From positions 357,845-421,844 of the forward strand of contig JAFUQU010000014.1 of the NCBI GenBank assembly GCA_017472255.1: a stretch of DNA of 64,000 bases. The letters are read 5' to 3'. Shown here one piece after another: positions 1-8,765 of this stretch. How positions within the stretch are numbered: the first letter of the stretch is position 1; each line of letters starts with the position of its first letter. Below the pieces are notes generated by a model. The model searched no databases, had not been told where the DNA came from, and saw only the letters and a program-made list of their open reading frames with translations. The DNA is from Clostridia bacterium. GTDB lineage: Bacteria > Bacillota > Clostridia > Oscillospirales > CAG-272. A program made the translations under genes and the position numbers.

Positions 1-48
1 ACGGCGAAATTTTTGCAATAATTCACTTTGATACTTTCATATTGCCTA

Positions 49-77
49 TTGACATTGTCGGCAAAATGGTGTAAAAT
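49..77 (+). promoter_or_regulatory. sigma-A-type promoter for the glutamate synthase operon
   Basis: TTGACA (49-54), 17-nt spacer, TAAAAT (72-77) with TG directly upstream. Confidence 0.6.
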
Positions 78-124
78 ATAAACATCAGATTTTTTAGTCT
101 GTATTCACTAAAGCATAGATATTA

Positions 125-193
125 ATGAACAAAGACGTTCATCCAAGGTTTCACGCATCCGTGTGTGGCTTTTGATGAGCGTCTTTCTGTTTT
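125..193 (+). promoter_or_regulatory. Leader attenuator: hexaloop hairpin (125-142) overlapping a 13-bp terminator stem (131-143 / 174-186) plus U-tract
   Basis: atgaac-AAAGAC-gttcat hairpin. AAAGACGTTCATC pairs with GATGAGCGTCTTT (one G-U), then CTGTTTTC. RBS AGGGGG 195-200 and ATG 209 follow. Confidence 0.5.
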
Positions 194-208
194 CAGGGGG
201 TAAATATT

Positions 209-1309
209 ATGTTAAAAGAAGGTTTCAACGGATACCGCATCCCTGCCGGATGTGCCATATCCGGCATGATTTCCAAGAGCGGCAGGCGGATTTCCGGCGA
301 GGATATCATCAAGAGCATTGCTGTGATGCACGATCGCTCCAACGGTCTGGGCGGCGGCTTCGCCGGCTACGGCATCTATCCCGAATACAAGGATCTGTAT
401 GCGTTCCATGTGTTTTACAACGATCTTAAATGCCGAGAGGAGTGCGAGCAGTTCCTCGAACGCCATTTCGATATCGTCAACCTGTCTAAGATTCCCACCC
501 GCAAGGTGAAGGAAATCACCGATGAACCGCTGATCTGGCGCTACTTCGTCGATCCGCTGCACACCAAGCTGGTAGAGAGTCAGCTGGAGCCGGATGAGTT
601 CGTTGTACGCTGTGTGATGCGCATTAATACCGAGATCGACGGCGCGTACATATTCTCCAGCGGCAAGAACATGGGTGTCTTCAAGGCTGTCGGTTATCCT
701 GAAGATGTGGGCGCTTTCTACCGTCTGGATGAATACGATGGCTACAGCTGGACAGCCCACGGACGTTATCCCACCAATACACCCGGCTGGTGGGGTGGCG
801 CACATCCCTTCGCCATGCTGGACTACTCCATCGTCCACAACGGCGAAATTTCGTCCTACGACGCAAACCGCCGCTTCATCGAAATGTTCGGCTACAAATG
901 CAACCTGCTCACCGACACCGAGGTCATCACCTATATCATCGATTACCTCTGCCGCAAGGAAAAGCTGTCGCTGGAGGAAATGGCCAGCGTCATCGCCGCT
1001 CCCTTCTGGTCAACCATCGAAACATTGCCCGCAGAGGAGCGGGAACGGCTTACTTATCTGCGCACCGCCTTCTCCAGCCTGCTGATTACCGGTCCGTTTT
1101 CCATTATACTGGGCTTCAACGGCGGTCTGATGGCGCTGAACGACCGACTGAAGCTGCGGTCGATGGTCGTGGGCGAAAAGGATGACATGGTATATCTGGC
1201 CAGCGAGGAATCGGCCATCCGCGTGATCGCGCCGGAGCTTGATAAAATTTGGTCGCCCGAGGGCGGCGAACCGGTCATCGTTACGCTGGACAAGGACGCG
1301 CAGCACTGA
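209..1309 (+). CDS. Glutamate synthase glutamine-amidotransferase subunit (class II Ntn GATase, archaeal-type GltB domain 1)
   Basis: GCAISGM catalytic Cys context after a ~14-aa N-terminal propeptide; GOGAT domain-1 similarity; first gene of a split gltB operon; RBS GGGGG. Confidence 0.8.
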   Translation: MLKEGFNGYRIPAGCAISGMISKSGRRISGEDIIKSIAVMHDRSNGLGGGFAGYGIYPEYKDLYAFHVFYNDLKCREECEQFLERHFDIVNLSKIPTRKVKEITDEPLIWRYFVDPLHTKLVESQLEPDEFVVRCVMRINTEIDGAYIFSSGKNMGVFKAVGYPEDVGAFYRLDEYDGYSWTAHGRYPTNTPGWWGGAHPFAMLDYSIVHNGEISSYDANRRFIEMFGYKCNLLTDTEVITYIIDYLCRKEKLSLEEMASVIAAPFWSTIETLPAEERERLTYLRTAFSSLLITGPFSIILGFNGGLMALNDRLKLRSMVVGEKDDMVYLASEESAIRVIAPELDKIWSPEGGEPVIVTLDKDAQH

Positions 1310-1339
1310 GCTGCTGAATTGATATGGGGGTAAATTAAA

Positions 1340-2845
1340 ATGCCGATAGATTTTCTGTATCCTGATTATGAAGTAATCCGCAACCCGGGTCGCTGCATCA
1401 CCTGCCGCGCCTGCGAACGCCAGTGCGCCAACGAGGTGCATCGCTTCGATCCCGACGCGGGCGTGATGATTTCCGACGAATCGAAGTGCGTCAACTGCCA
1501 CCGCTGCGTGTCGCTCTGCCCGACCCGCGCGCTCAAAATTATCAAAACCGATCATACCTTCAAGGACAACGCAAACTGGAGCGGCGAGGTCATCAAGGAG
1601 GTTTACCGTCAGGCGGGAAGCGGCGGCGTGCTGCTCTCGTCCATGGGCAATCCGAAGCCCTATCCGATCTACTGGGATAAGATTCTCATCAACGCTTCCC
1701 AAGTTACCAACCCGCCCATCGACCCGCTTCGCGAGCCTATGGAGACCCGCGTTTCCCTTGGTCGCAAGCCCGAAGGCATCGAGCGGGACGCCGACGGCAA
1801 GCTGGTGAACAACCTGGCGCCCCAGCTTAATCTGTCACTTCCGGTGATGTTCTCCGCCATGTCCTACGGCTCCATCAGCTACAACGCTCACGAGAGTCTG
1901 GCGCGCGCCGCAACCAAGCTGGGCACCTACTACAACACCGGTGAAGGCGGTCTGCATGAGGATTTCTACAAGTACAGTCCGAACACCATCGTTCAGGTAG
2001 CGTCGGGACGATTCGGCGTCCACAAGGATTATCTGGAAGCCGCAGCCGCCATCGAAATCAAGATGGGTCAGGGTGCAAAGCCCGGTATCGGCGGTCATCT
2101 GCCTGGCGCGAAGATTGTGGGCGATGTTTCCCGCACACGCATGATTCCCGAAGGCTCGGACGCCATCTCTCCCGCACCGCACCACGATATTTATTCCATC
2201 GAGGATCTGCGGCAGCTGGTATTTTCGCTCAAAGAAGCTACCGAATATAAGAAGCCGGTGATCGTGAAGATCGCCGCTGTCCACAACGTGGCCGCCATTG
2301 CGTCGGGTATTGCCCGCAGCGGCGCGGATATTATCGCCATCGACGGCTACCGGGGCGGTACCGGCGCGGCGCCCACTCGCATTCGCGACAACGTGGGTAT
2401 CCCGATTGAGCTTGCGCTGGCCAGCGTGGATCAGCGTCTGCGTGACGAAGGCATTCGCGGGCGGGTATCGCTGGTGGTCGGCGGTTCGATTCGATCCAGC
2501 GCCGATGTGGTGAAAGCCATTGCTTTGGGCGCGGATGCTTGCTACATCGGTACGGCATCGCTGCTGGCACTGGGCTGCCACCTCTGCCGTTCCTGCCACA
2601 GCGGCAAGTGCAACTGGGGGATTGCTACCCAGCGTCCTGACCTGGTTAAGCGTCTGAACCCCGAAATGGGTGCGGCTCGTCTGGTCAACCTGCTGACCGC
2701 GTGGGATCATGAAATCAAGGAAATGATGGGCGGCATGGGCATTAACTCCATTGAAGCCCTGAAAGGCAACCGCCTGATGCTGCGGGGTGTGGGTCTGAAC
2801 GAAAAAGAGCTGGAAATCCTCGGCATCAAGCACGCCGGCGAATAA
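1340..2845 (+). CDS. Glutamate synthase FMN-binding subunit (GltB domain 2) with N-terminal 2x[4Fe-4S] ferredoxin domain
   Basis: CxxCxxCxxxCP twice at N-terminus; FMN/TIM-barrel GOGAT central-domain motifs (GTGAAP, CHLCRSC). Confidence 0.85.
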   Translation: MPIDFLYPDYEVIRNPGRCITCRACERQCANEVHRFDPDAGVMISDESKCVNCHRCVSLCPTRALKIIKTDHTFKDNANWSGEVIKEVYRQAGSGGVLLSSMGNPKPYPIYWDKILINASQVTNPPIDPLREPMETRVSLGRKPEGIERDADGKLVNNLAPQLNLSLPVMFSAMSYGSISYNAHESLARAATKLGTYYNTGEGGLHEDFYKYSPNTIVQVASGRFGVHKDYLEAAAAIEIKMGQGAKPGIGGHLPGAKIVGDVSRTRMIPEGSDAISPAPHHDIYSIEDLRQLVFSLKEATEYKKPVIVKIAAVHNVAAIASGIARSGADIIAIDGYRGGTGAAPTRIRDNVGIPIELALASVDQRLRDEGIRGRVSLVVGGSIRSSADVVKAIALGADACYIGTASLLALGCHLCRSCHSGKCNWGIATQRPDLVKRLNPEMGAARLVNLLTAWDHEIKEMMGGMGINSIEALKGNRLMLRGVGLNEKELEILGIKHAGE

Positions 2846-2870
2846 GCTCTGATAGATTAGGGAGTATAGC

Positions 2871-3299
2871 ATGAAACGAGTATATGTGAATGAAAAATGG
2901 TGTCTGGGTTGTCACCTCTGCGAATATTACTGCGCTTTTGCCAATTCGGGCGAAATCGACATGGTGAAAGCCCTGAAGGGTGTTACCCTCAATCCCCGCA
3001 TCCGGGTGGAGGGAGACAACAACATCAGCTTCGCCGTCAGCTGCCGTCACTGTACCGATCCGCTCTGCGTGAAAAGCTGCATTGCGGGCGCGTTATCGAA
3101 AACGGACGGCGTAATCTGCATCGATCAGACCAAGTGCGTGGGATGTTATACCTGTGTGGCAGCTTGTCCCTATGGTGCGATCATGCCGGGCGATAACGGC
3201 GTGATGCAGAAATGCGCCCTGTGTCTGGACAATGCTTCCGGCAGCCCGGCCTGCGTGAAGGGATGTCCCAACAAAGCCATTGTTTTCGAGGAGAGATGA
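2871..3299 (+). CDS. 4Fe-4S dicluster ferredoxin-domain protein
   Basis: Several CxxCxxCxxxCP motifs in 142 aa; sits inside the GOGAT operon. Confidence 0.75.
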   Translation: MKRVYVNEKWCLGCHLCEYYCAFANSGEIDMVKALKGVTLNPRIRVEGDNNISFAVSCRHCTDPLCVKSCIAGALSKTDGVICIDQTKCVGCYTCVAACPYGAIMPGDNGVMQKCALCLDNASGSPACVKGCPNKAIVFEER

Positions 3300-3302
3300 G
3301 CT

Positions 3303-4538
3303 ATGACCGACCATTATGTTATTATCGGAAATTCGGCGGCCGCTGTGGGCTGCATCGAGGGCATCCGTGCCACGGATAAGCAGGGCAGGATTACGCTGAT
3401 TTCCGACGAACCGTATCATACCTATTCCCGCCCGCTGATCTCCTACCTGCTGTGGGGAAAGACCAGCGAGGAACGCATGAAATACCGCCCGGACGATTTT
3501 TATGAAAAGAATGGTGTCAGGACTTTGCTGGGACATCGTGCTCTGGCCATCGACAACGTGATGAAGCGCGTTACGCTGGACGATGGGGAGCAGATTCCCT
3601 ACGAGAAGCTGCTGGTGGCGACCGGCTCCAAGCCCTTTGTGCCGCCGATGAACGGTCTTGACCTTGTGACAAAGAAGTTCAGCTTCATGAAGCTGGATGA
3701 CGCCCACGCGCTGGCCGATGCGCTGACTGCCGATGCCCGGGTGCTGGTTATCGGCGCAGGTCTGATCGGTCTGAAATGCGTGGAGGGCATCAAGGATCGC
3801 TGCGGTCAGATTACGGTGGTAGACCTCGCGCCCCGTATTCTGCCCAGTATTCTGGATGAAAACGGCTCCGCTCTGGTGCAGAAATTCCTTGAGGGGAAGG
3901 GCATACGCTTTATCCTTTCGGACAGCGTTGACAGCTTTGAAGCCAACGCGGCCACGCTGAAAAGCGGCAGAAAGCTGGATTTCGACGTGCTGGTGCTGGC
4001 AGTGGGCGTCCGCCCGAACACCGAGCTGGTGTCGGCGGCAGGCGGCGAAGTGAATCGCGGCATCGTGACCAACCTGCGCTGCGAGACGACGCTGGACGAT
4101 GTGTATGCCGCCGGTGACTGTGCGCTTTCCCATGATATCACGCTGGATCAGGATCGCATTCTGGCGCTGCTGCCCAACGCTTATATGCAGGGTTACGCGG
4201 CCGGTGTGAACATGGCGGGCGGCGACGCGAAGTGGGATCGCGCCATGGCGATGAATGCCATCGGTTTCTTCGGTCTGCATATTATCACCGCCGGAAGCTA
4301 TACAGGCCATGTTTATGAAAAGAGCACCGAGGACAGCTACAAGAAGCTGTTCTATCAGGACAACAAATTAAAGGGTTTTATTTTGATCGGCGATGTGATG
4401 CGCGCCGGAATTTATACGTCGCTCATCCGTGAGGAGACGCCGCTTGATACGGTGGACTTTGAGCTGATCTGCGAAAAGCCGCAGCTGATGGCATTCACGC
4501 GGCATGAACGTGCGAAACAATTGAGCACGTCGCATTGA
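3303..4538 (+). CDS. FAD/NAD(P)-binding pyridine nucleotide-disulfide oxidoreductase (GltD-like electron donor subunit)
   Basis: N-terminal GNSAAAVG dinucleotide fold and a second Rossmann fold (VIGAGLIGLKC); operon context. Confidence 0.75.
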   Translation: MTDHYVIIGNSAAAVGCIEGIRATDKQGRITLISDEPYHTYSRPLISYLLWGKTSEERMKYRPDDFYEKNGVRTLLGHRALAIDNVMKRVTLDDGEQIPYEKLLVATGSKPFVPPMNGLDLVTKKFSFMKLDDAHALADALTADARVLVIGAGLIGLKCVEGIKDRCGQITVVDLAPRILPSILDENGSALVQKFLEGKGIRFILSDSVDSFEANAATLKSGRKLDFDVLVLAVGVRPNTELVSAAGGEVNRGIVTNLRCETTLDDVYAAGDCALSHDITLDQDRILALLPNAYMQGYAAGVNMAGGDAKWDRAMAMNAIGFFGLHIITAGSYTGHVYEKSTEDSYKKLFYQDNKLKGFILIGDVMRAGIYTSLIREETPLDTVDFELICEKPQLMAFTRHERAKQLSTSH

Positions 4539-4559
4539 ATCATAACGGGGGTAACAAAA

Positions 4560-5288
4560 ATGGCATATACAATCAACGCCGGAACTACATATTATAAAGA
4601 AATCAACGAGGCCGTCCGAAAGTCGGGAGAACAGGAGATTGTCATCGACAACTGTATCGGACAGCGTTACATCGGCTGCTCTCAGAGCGGATGCAAAATC
4701 ACTGTCAACGGCACGCCGGGCAATGCGCTGGGCGCTTACCTGAACGGCGCGACGCTGGTCATCCACGGCAACGCACAGGACGCTACAGGCGATACCATGA
4801 ACGACGGTGCGATTATCATCGACGGTTCGTCGGGTGACGCTACCGGCTACGCCATGCGCGGCGGCGCGATCTATGTCCGCGGCGACGTGGGCTATCGGGC
4901 AGGAATCCACATGAAAGCCTACAAGGAGAAATTACCTGTTCTCGTTGTCGGCGGAAAAGCGGGCAGCTTCCTCGGCGAGTACCAGGCGGGCGGCAAGATT
5001 GTCGTGCTGGGACTGGGCTGCGAGGATGAGGTTCCTGTGGGAGATTTCTGCGGCACGGGTATGCACGGCGGCAAAATGTATCTGCGGGCGAAGAAAGCGC
5101 CCCGCGATCTTCCGCCGCAGGTGGTAGTCACCGAAGCGACTCACGAGGACATGGCTGAGATCATGCCCTATATCGACAGCTACTGCCGTTATTTCGGCGT
5201 TGAACACACCGAGATTCTGCCGCACAAATTCTATGTTCTCACGCCGGATACAAAAAATCCGTACAAACAGCTTTACGTGAACAACTGA
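4560..5288 (+). CDS. Glutamate synthase GXGXG-domain subunit (GltB domain 3)
   Basis: Repeated G-x-G-x-G beta-helix motifs (GDTMNDGAIIIDG, GGAIYVRG, GKIVVLGLG); ~240 aa, typical of archaeal-type GltB C-terminal subunits. Confidence 0.8.
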   Translation: MAYTINAGTTYYKEINEAVRKSGEQEIVIDNCIGQRYIGCSQSGCKITVNGTPGNALGAYLNGATLVIHGNAQDATGDTMNDGAIIIDGSSGDATGYAMRGGAIYVRGDVGYRAGIHMKAYKEKLPVLVVGGKAGSFLGEYQAGGKIVVLGLGCEDEVPVGDFCGTGMHGGKMYLRAKKAPRDLPPQVVVTEATHEDMAEIMPYIDSYCRYFGVEHTEILPHKFYVLTPDTKNPYKQLYVNN

Positions 5289-5291
5289 TTG

Positions 5292-5300
5292 TGGTATAAT
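5292..5300 (+). promoter_or_regulatory. Extended -10 promoter element (TGgTATAAT) just downstream of the gltB-operon stop codon
   Basis: TG-n-TATAAT at 5292-5300; possible glnA promoter. Confidence 0.4.
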
Positions 5301-5302
5301 AT

Positions 5303-5335
5303 AAGCAAGGGAATCCATTTCCCTTGCTTTTCCCA
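5303..5335 (+). terminator. 11-bp stem-loop + short U-tract between GOGAT operon and glnA
   Basis: aagcaagggaa / ttcccttgctt perfect stem, loop tccat, followed by TTTT-CCC. Confidence 0.45.
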
Positions 5336-5362
5336 ATTCACATATACAATGGAGGTTTCCAT

Positions 5363-6643
5363 ATGGATTATACGAAATCAGAAGTTATGAGTTTTGTGTC
5401 GGAGAACGACGTGAAATTCATCCGTCTCGCCTTCTGTGATATTACCGGTGCGCAGAAGAACATTGCCGTCATGGCCAGTGAGCTGCCCCGCGCCTTCGAG
5501 GAAGGCATTATGGTGGACGGCGCCGCTATTCCCGGCTTTGCGGGGGTGGAGCATTCCGATCTGATGCTGCACCCCGATCCGGCTACGCTTGCGGTGCTGC
5601 CATGGCGTCCCTCCCACGGACGTGTGGTGCGTATGTACTGCGACGTGACCTATCCGGACGGACGGCAGTTTGAATGCGACAACCGCCATATCGTCCGAAC
5701 CGCCGAAGCCGCGCTGCTGTCGGCAGGCTATACCTGCAAAATCGGCTCGGAGTGCGAGTTTTATCTTTTCAACACCGACGAGAAGGGTTCGCCCACGCTG
5801 GAGCCTTGCGATCAGGCTGGCTACATGGATGTTGCGCCGCTGGATCGGGGCGAAAACGTTCGCCGCAGTGTCTGTCTGACGCTGGAGGAAATGGGCATCA
5901 AGCCTGAAAGCTCTCATCACGAACAGGGACCGGGACAGAACGAGGTGGACTTTATGTACGCTTCTCCGCTTGTTACCTGCGATAATACCACCACCTTCCG
6001 CGCGGTGGTCAAGACGGCGGCGGCGCAGAACGGATTCTTTGCCAGCTTTCTGCCGAAGCCGCTGCCGGATTTCAGCGGCAGCGGTCAGCATCTGAATATT
6101 TCGGTGTACAAAAACGGCATTGATCTGTTCGGAAACAGCTTTGCCGGGGATCGCAGAATTGCCGACAGCTTTATGGCGGGCATTCTGACGCATATTCGGG
6201 AGCTGACGGTATTCCTCAATCCGATTCCCAATTCCTATGAGCGCTTTGGCGTTTTCGAAGCGCCCCAATACGTGTCCTGGTCGGTAGGCAATCGTTCCCA
6301 GCTGGTGCGCATTCCCGAATGCCGGGGCAATGGAGCGCGGATGGAGCTGCGTTCCGCCGACTGTGCGATGAACCCCTATCTGGGTGTGGCGCTGCTGATT
6401 TACGCCGGATTAGATGGCATCAAGCGGGAGCTTCCCCTGCAGCCTGCGGACAATCGCGATTTGTTCAGCACTGTCGATTCATCGCTGCCCACGCTGCCGA
6501 TGTCCCTGAGCGAAGCCATTGCGGTGGCCGAGGACAGCGAATTTCTGCGCGGCTGTCTGCCCGCAAAGCTGCTGGAGAATTATCTGGCGCTGAAGCGGTC
6601 GGAGACGGCGCTTGATGTGAAGGCCTATTTCCCGAAGATATAA
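5363..6643 (+). CDS. glnA: Glutamine synthetase type I
   Basis: GS beta-grasp N-domain (FIRLAFCDITG) and catalytic domain motifs; RBS GGAGG 8 nt upstream; start moved to ATG 5363 from the longer track ORF. Confidence 0.9.
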   Translation: MDYTKSEVMSFVSENDVKFIRLAFCDITGAQKNIAVMASELPRAFEEGIMVDGAAIPGFAGVEHSDLMLHPDPATLAVLPWRPSHGRVVRMYCDVTYPDGRQFECDNRHIVRTAEAALLSAGYTCKIGSECEFYLFNTDEKGSPTLEPCDQAGYMDVAPLDRGENVRRSVCLTLEEMGIKPESSHHEQGPGQNEVDFMYASPLVTCDNTTTFRAVVKTAAAQNGFFASFLPKPLPDFSGSGQHLNISVYKNGIDLFGNSFAGDRRIADSFMAGILTHIRELTVFLNPIPNSYERFGVFEAPQYVSWSVGNRSQLVRIPECRGNGARMELRSADCAMNPYLGVALLIYAGLDGIKRELPLQPADNRDLFSTVDSSLPTLPMSLSEAIAVAEDSEFLRGCLPAKLLENYLALKRSETALDVKAYFPKI

Positions 6644-6656
6644 TAACGGGGGTTGT

Positions 6657-7226
6657 ATGGACAGAATTCTGATCGCAGCCAGTGGAGACAAGGGTGCGGG
6701 CTATATCAGCGAGCTGCTGGATCCATCGGGCGACGTAATGTACGACATTGCGCGCAGCGGTGGCGAGGCCCGACGGATGCTGGGGGCGGACAATTACGAC
6801 ATTTTGATTGTGAATGCGCCCCTGTCTGATGAATTTGGCAATGATCTGGCTGCTGACACGGCGGATACATACGGTGTAGGTGTGATTATACTGGTAAAGG
6901 CGGAAATAGCGGACGAGGTGGCTGACAGGCTGGAGCCTTACGGTGTTTTCGTAGTACAGAAGCCGCTGAGCCGGGCGCTGTTCTATCAGGCGCTGAAGCT
7001 GCTTCATGCTTCCAGACGGCGGATTCTGGGATTGAAAACCGAGAATCTGAATCTTCAGGCAAAGATGGAGGAGGTACGCTTGATTTCCCGCGCCAAGTGT
7101 GCGTTGATACAGTACCTGAACATGACTGAACCGCAGGCGCATCGTTACATTGAGAAGCAGGCGATGGATATGCGTGTGACCCGTCGCGAAATCGCCGAGG
7201 GAATTATCAAAACCTACGAAACGTAG
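6657..7226 (+). CDS. ANTAR-domain antiterminator with pseudo-receiver domain (AmiR/NasT family)
   Basis: C-terminal ANTAR helix pattern (RLISRAKCALIQYLNMTEPQAHRYIEKQAMDMRV); N-terminal receiver-like fold lacking the acidic pocket; directly downstream of glnA. Confidence 0.75.
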   Translation: MDRILIAASGDKGAGYISELLDPSGDVMYDIARSGGEARRMLGADNYDILIVNAPLSDEFGNDLAADTADTYGVGVIILVKAEIADEVADRLEPYGVFVVQKPLSRALFYQALKLLHASRRRILGLKTENLNLQAKMEEVRLISRAKCALIQYLNMTEPQAHRYIEKQAMDMRVTRREIAEGIIKTYET

Positions 7227-7287
7227 AAGGAGCTGCTGCACCTCCGTGCAGCAGCTCGCTCTGTCAATGAAAAGAATGGATATCCGC

Positions 7288-8619
7288 TTATCGCAGCAGG
7301 AGCGCGGCGGCAAGCTGAACGGCTTCGGCGCGGGTCAGGGGCGCGTAGGCGTTGAGAACGCCGTCGGAACCGCGCATAATGCCCGCTTCCATCAGACCGA
7401 ACATTGCGGAGCGTGCCCATGCGGGGATGCTTTCCGCGTCCGCGGGGGCGCTGACGCTCAGAGTATCCGAACCGCGGATGCCGGTGATTCTGGAGAGGAT
7501 GACGGCTGCTTCACAGCGGGTGATCTGATTGTTGGGATAGAAGCGCAGACCGTCCTCCGCCTCCACGCCGCTGATGATGCCGATGGCGTCGGCAGCGGCT
7601 ACGCTGCCTTTATAGGCTTCGGGGATATCGGCGTCATCAGCGAAGCCGGTATTCAATGTGGAGAAGCCGGTATATCCGGCGGCGTTCATGACCAGCGACA
7701 GGAATTCAGCCCGGCTGATACCCTCGTTTGGGTAGAAGTTGGCTGTGCCCTCCACGCCGCCTGCTGTTTCGACGGTCAGCGCCATGCCGGCTTGTTCCAG
7801 CACGCCACTGCGCAGGCAGGTAATCAAAGCGCTTTCTGCCCAGTGACCGTCCATATCGGCGATAACCTCGCCAGCTTCGGGCATATCCACGCGCAGACGG
7901 ACTTTCAGCGTATTGGAGCGTCCGCCGTAAAAGTCAACGGCGCGCACCTCAAAGCTGTCAACGCCCTCGTAATCGTCGAGGGGCGTGTAAACGTAGTAGC
8001 CGCGCTCACGGTCGGTGAGGGTTACGCTGCCGTGGGCAGGCTGAGAAACCAGCTCAAAGCGCACGCTGTCGCCGTCCGGGTCTGCCATTTCGATGCTGCC
8101 CGAGCAGGCTACGCCCGAGTAAGCAAAGACTTCTGCGGCTGATTGGGTGAGGATGGGGGCGCTGTTCACGTAAGTCAGGGCATACAGCGCACATTCATAG
8201 CTGACGCCGCTGCCGGTGGTGAAGCCGAAGGAAGTATCCAGCTCGTCACTGCCGTAGGGGACGAAGCGCAGGGAGGACAGGTTCTTTTTATTGATGGTCT
8301 GTCCTACGGCTACGTCCTGGCTGCCGAGGCGGAGCACGCCCAGCTCACGGTCGGGCAGGGAAGTGATTGTGATTCTGCTCACCGATTCCACGCCCAGCGC
8401 TTCGGCGAAATCGTCGGCGGTAAAGCTGATATCGGTGTTGGCGAGACCGGTTTTGACCATCGGTTCGTCGGCGGCGATGATGGCCAGCGCGGGTGAAAGG
8501 GGAGCGTCCGCTGCCAGTGCCGGGATGGTGAGTGATACAGCCAGCAGGGCGGCGGTAATGGGGATTATGTGTTTCATTGAAGTTACCTCCGTTTGGGATA
8601 TAGGATGATGCTGCACCAC
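7288..8619 (-). CDS. Cell-surface protein with signal peptide, Ig/cadherin-like region and three C-terminal SLH domains
   Basis: N-terminal signal peptide (AALLAVSLTIPALA); three SLH repeats (FYPNEGISRAEF, FYPNNQITRCEAAVIL, LTRAEAVQLAA). Confidence 0.75.
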   Translation of the reverse strand: MVQHHPISQTEVTSMKHIIPITAALLAVSLTIPALAADAPLSPALAIIAADEPMVKTGLANTDISFTADDFAEALGVESVSRITITSLPDRELGVLRLGSQDVAVGQTINKKNLSSLRFVPYGSDELDTSFGFTTGSGVSYECALYALTYVNSAPILTQSAAEVFAYSGVACSGSIEMADPDGDSVRFELVSQPAHGSVTLTDRERGYYVYTPLDDYEGVDSFEVRAVDFYGGRSNTLKVRLRVDMPEAGEVIADMDGHWAESALITCLRSGVLEQAGMALTVETAGGVEGTANFYPNEGISRAEFLSLVMNAAGYTGFSTLNTGFADDADIPEAYKGSVAAADAIGIISGVEAEDGLRFYPNNQITRCEAAVILSRITGIRGSDTLSVSAPADAESIPAWARSAMFGLMEAGIMRGSDGVLNAYAPLTRAEAVQLAAALLLR

Positions 8620-8699
8620 TATTTTTTTCCGCCCCGGGCATGATTATGCACCGGCGTTGAATATTTTTTGGAACCCGCGAATTTTTTTGCCCGAAGCTA

Positions 8700-8728
8700 T
8701 TGAAATTTTAACATATTAGTGTTATAAT
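8700..8728 (+). promoter_or_regulatory. Promoter of ilvE (TTGAAA-17-TATAAT with TG extension)
   Basis: TTGAAA 8700-8705; TGT-TATAAT 8720-8728. Confidence 0.6.
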
Positions 8729-8765
8729 AATCTTTATAGAAAACATATTTCGGAGGTATACCGAC

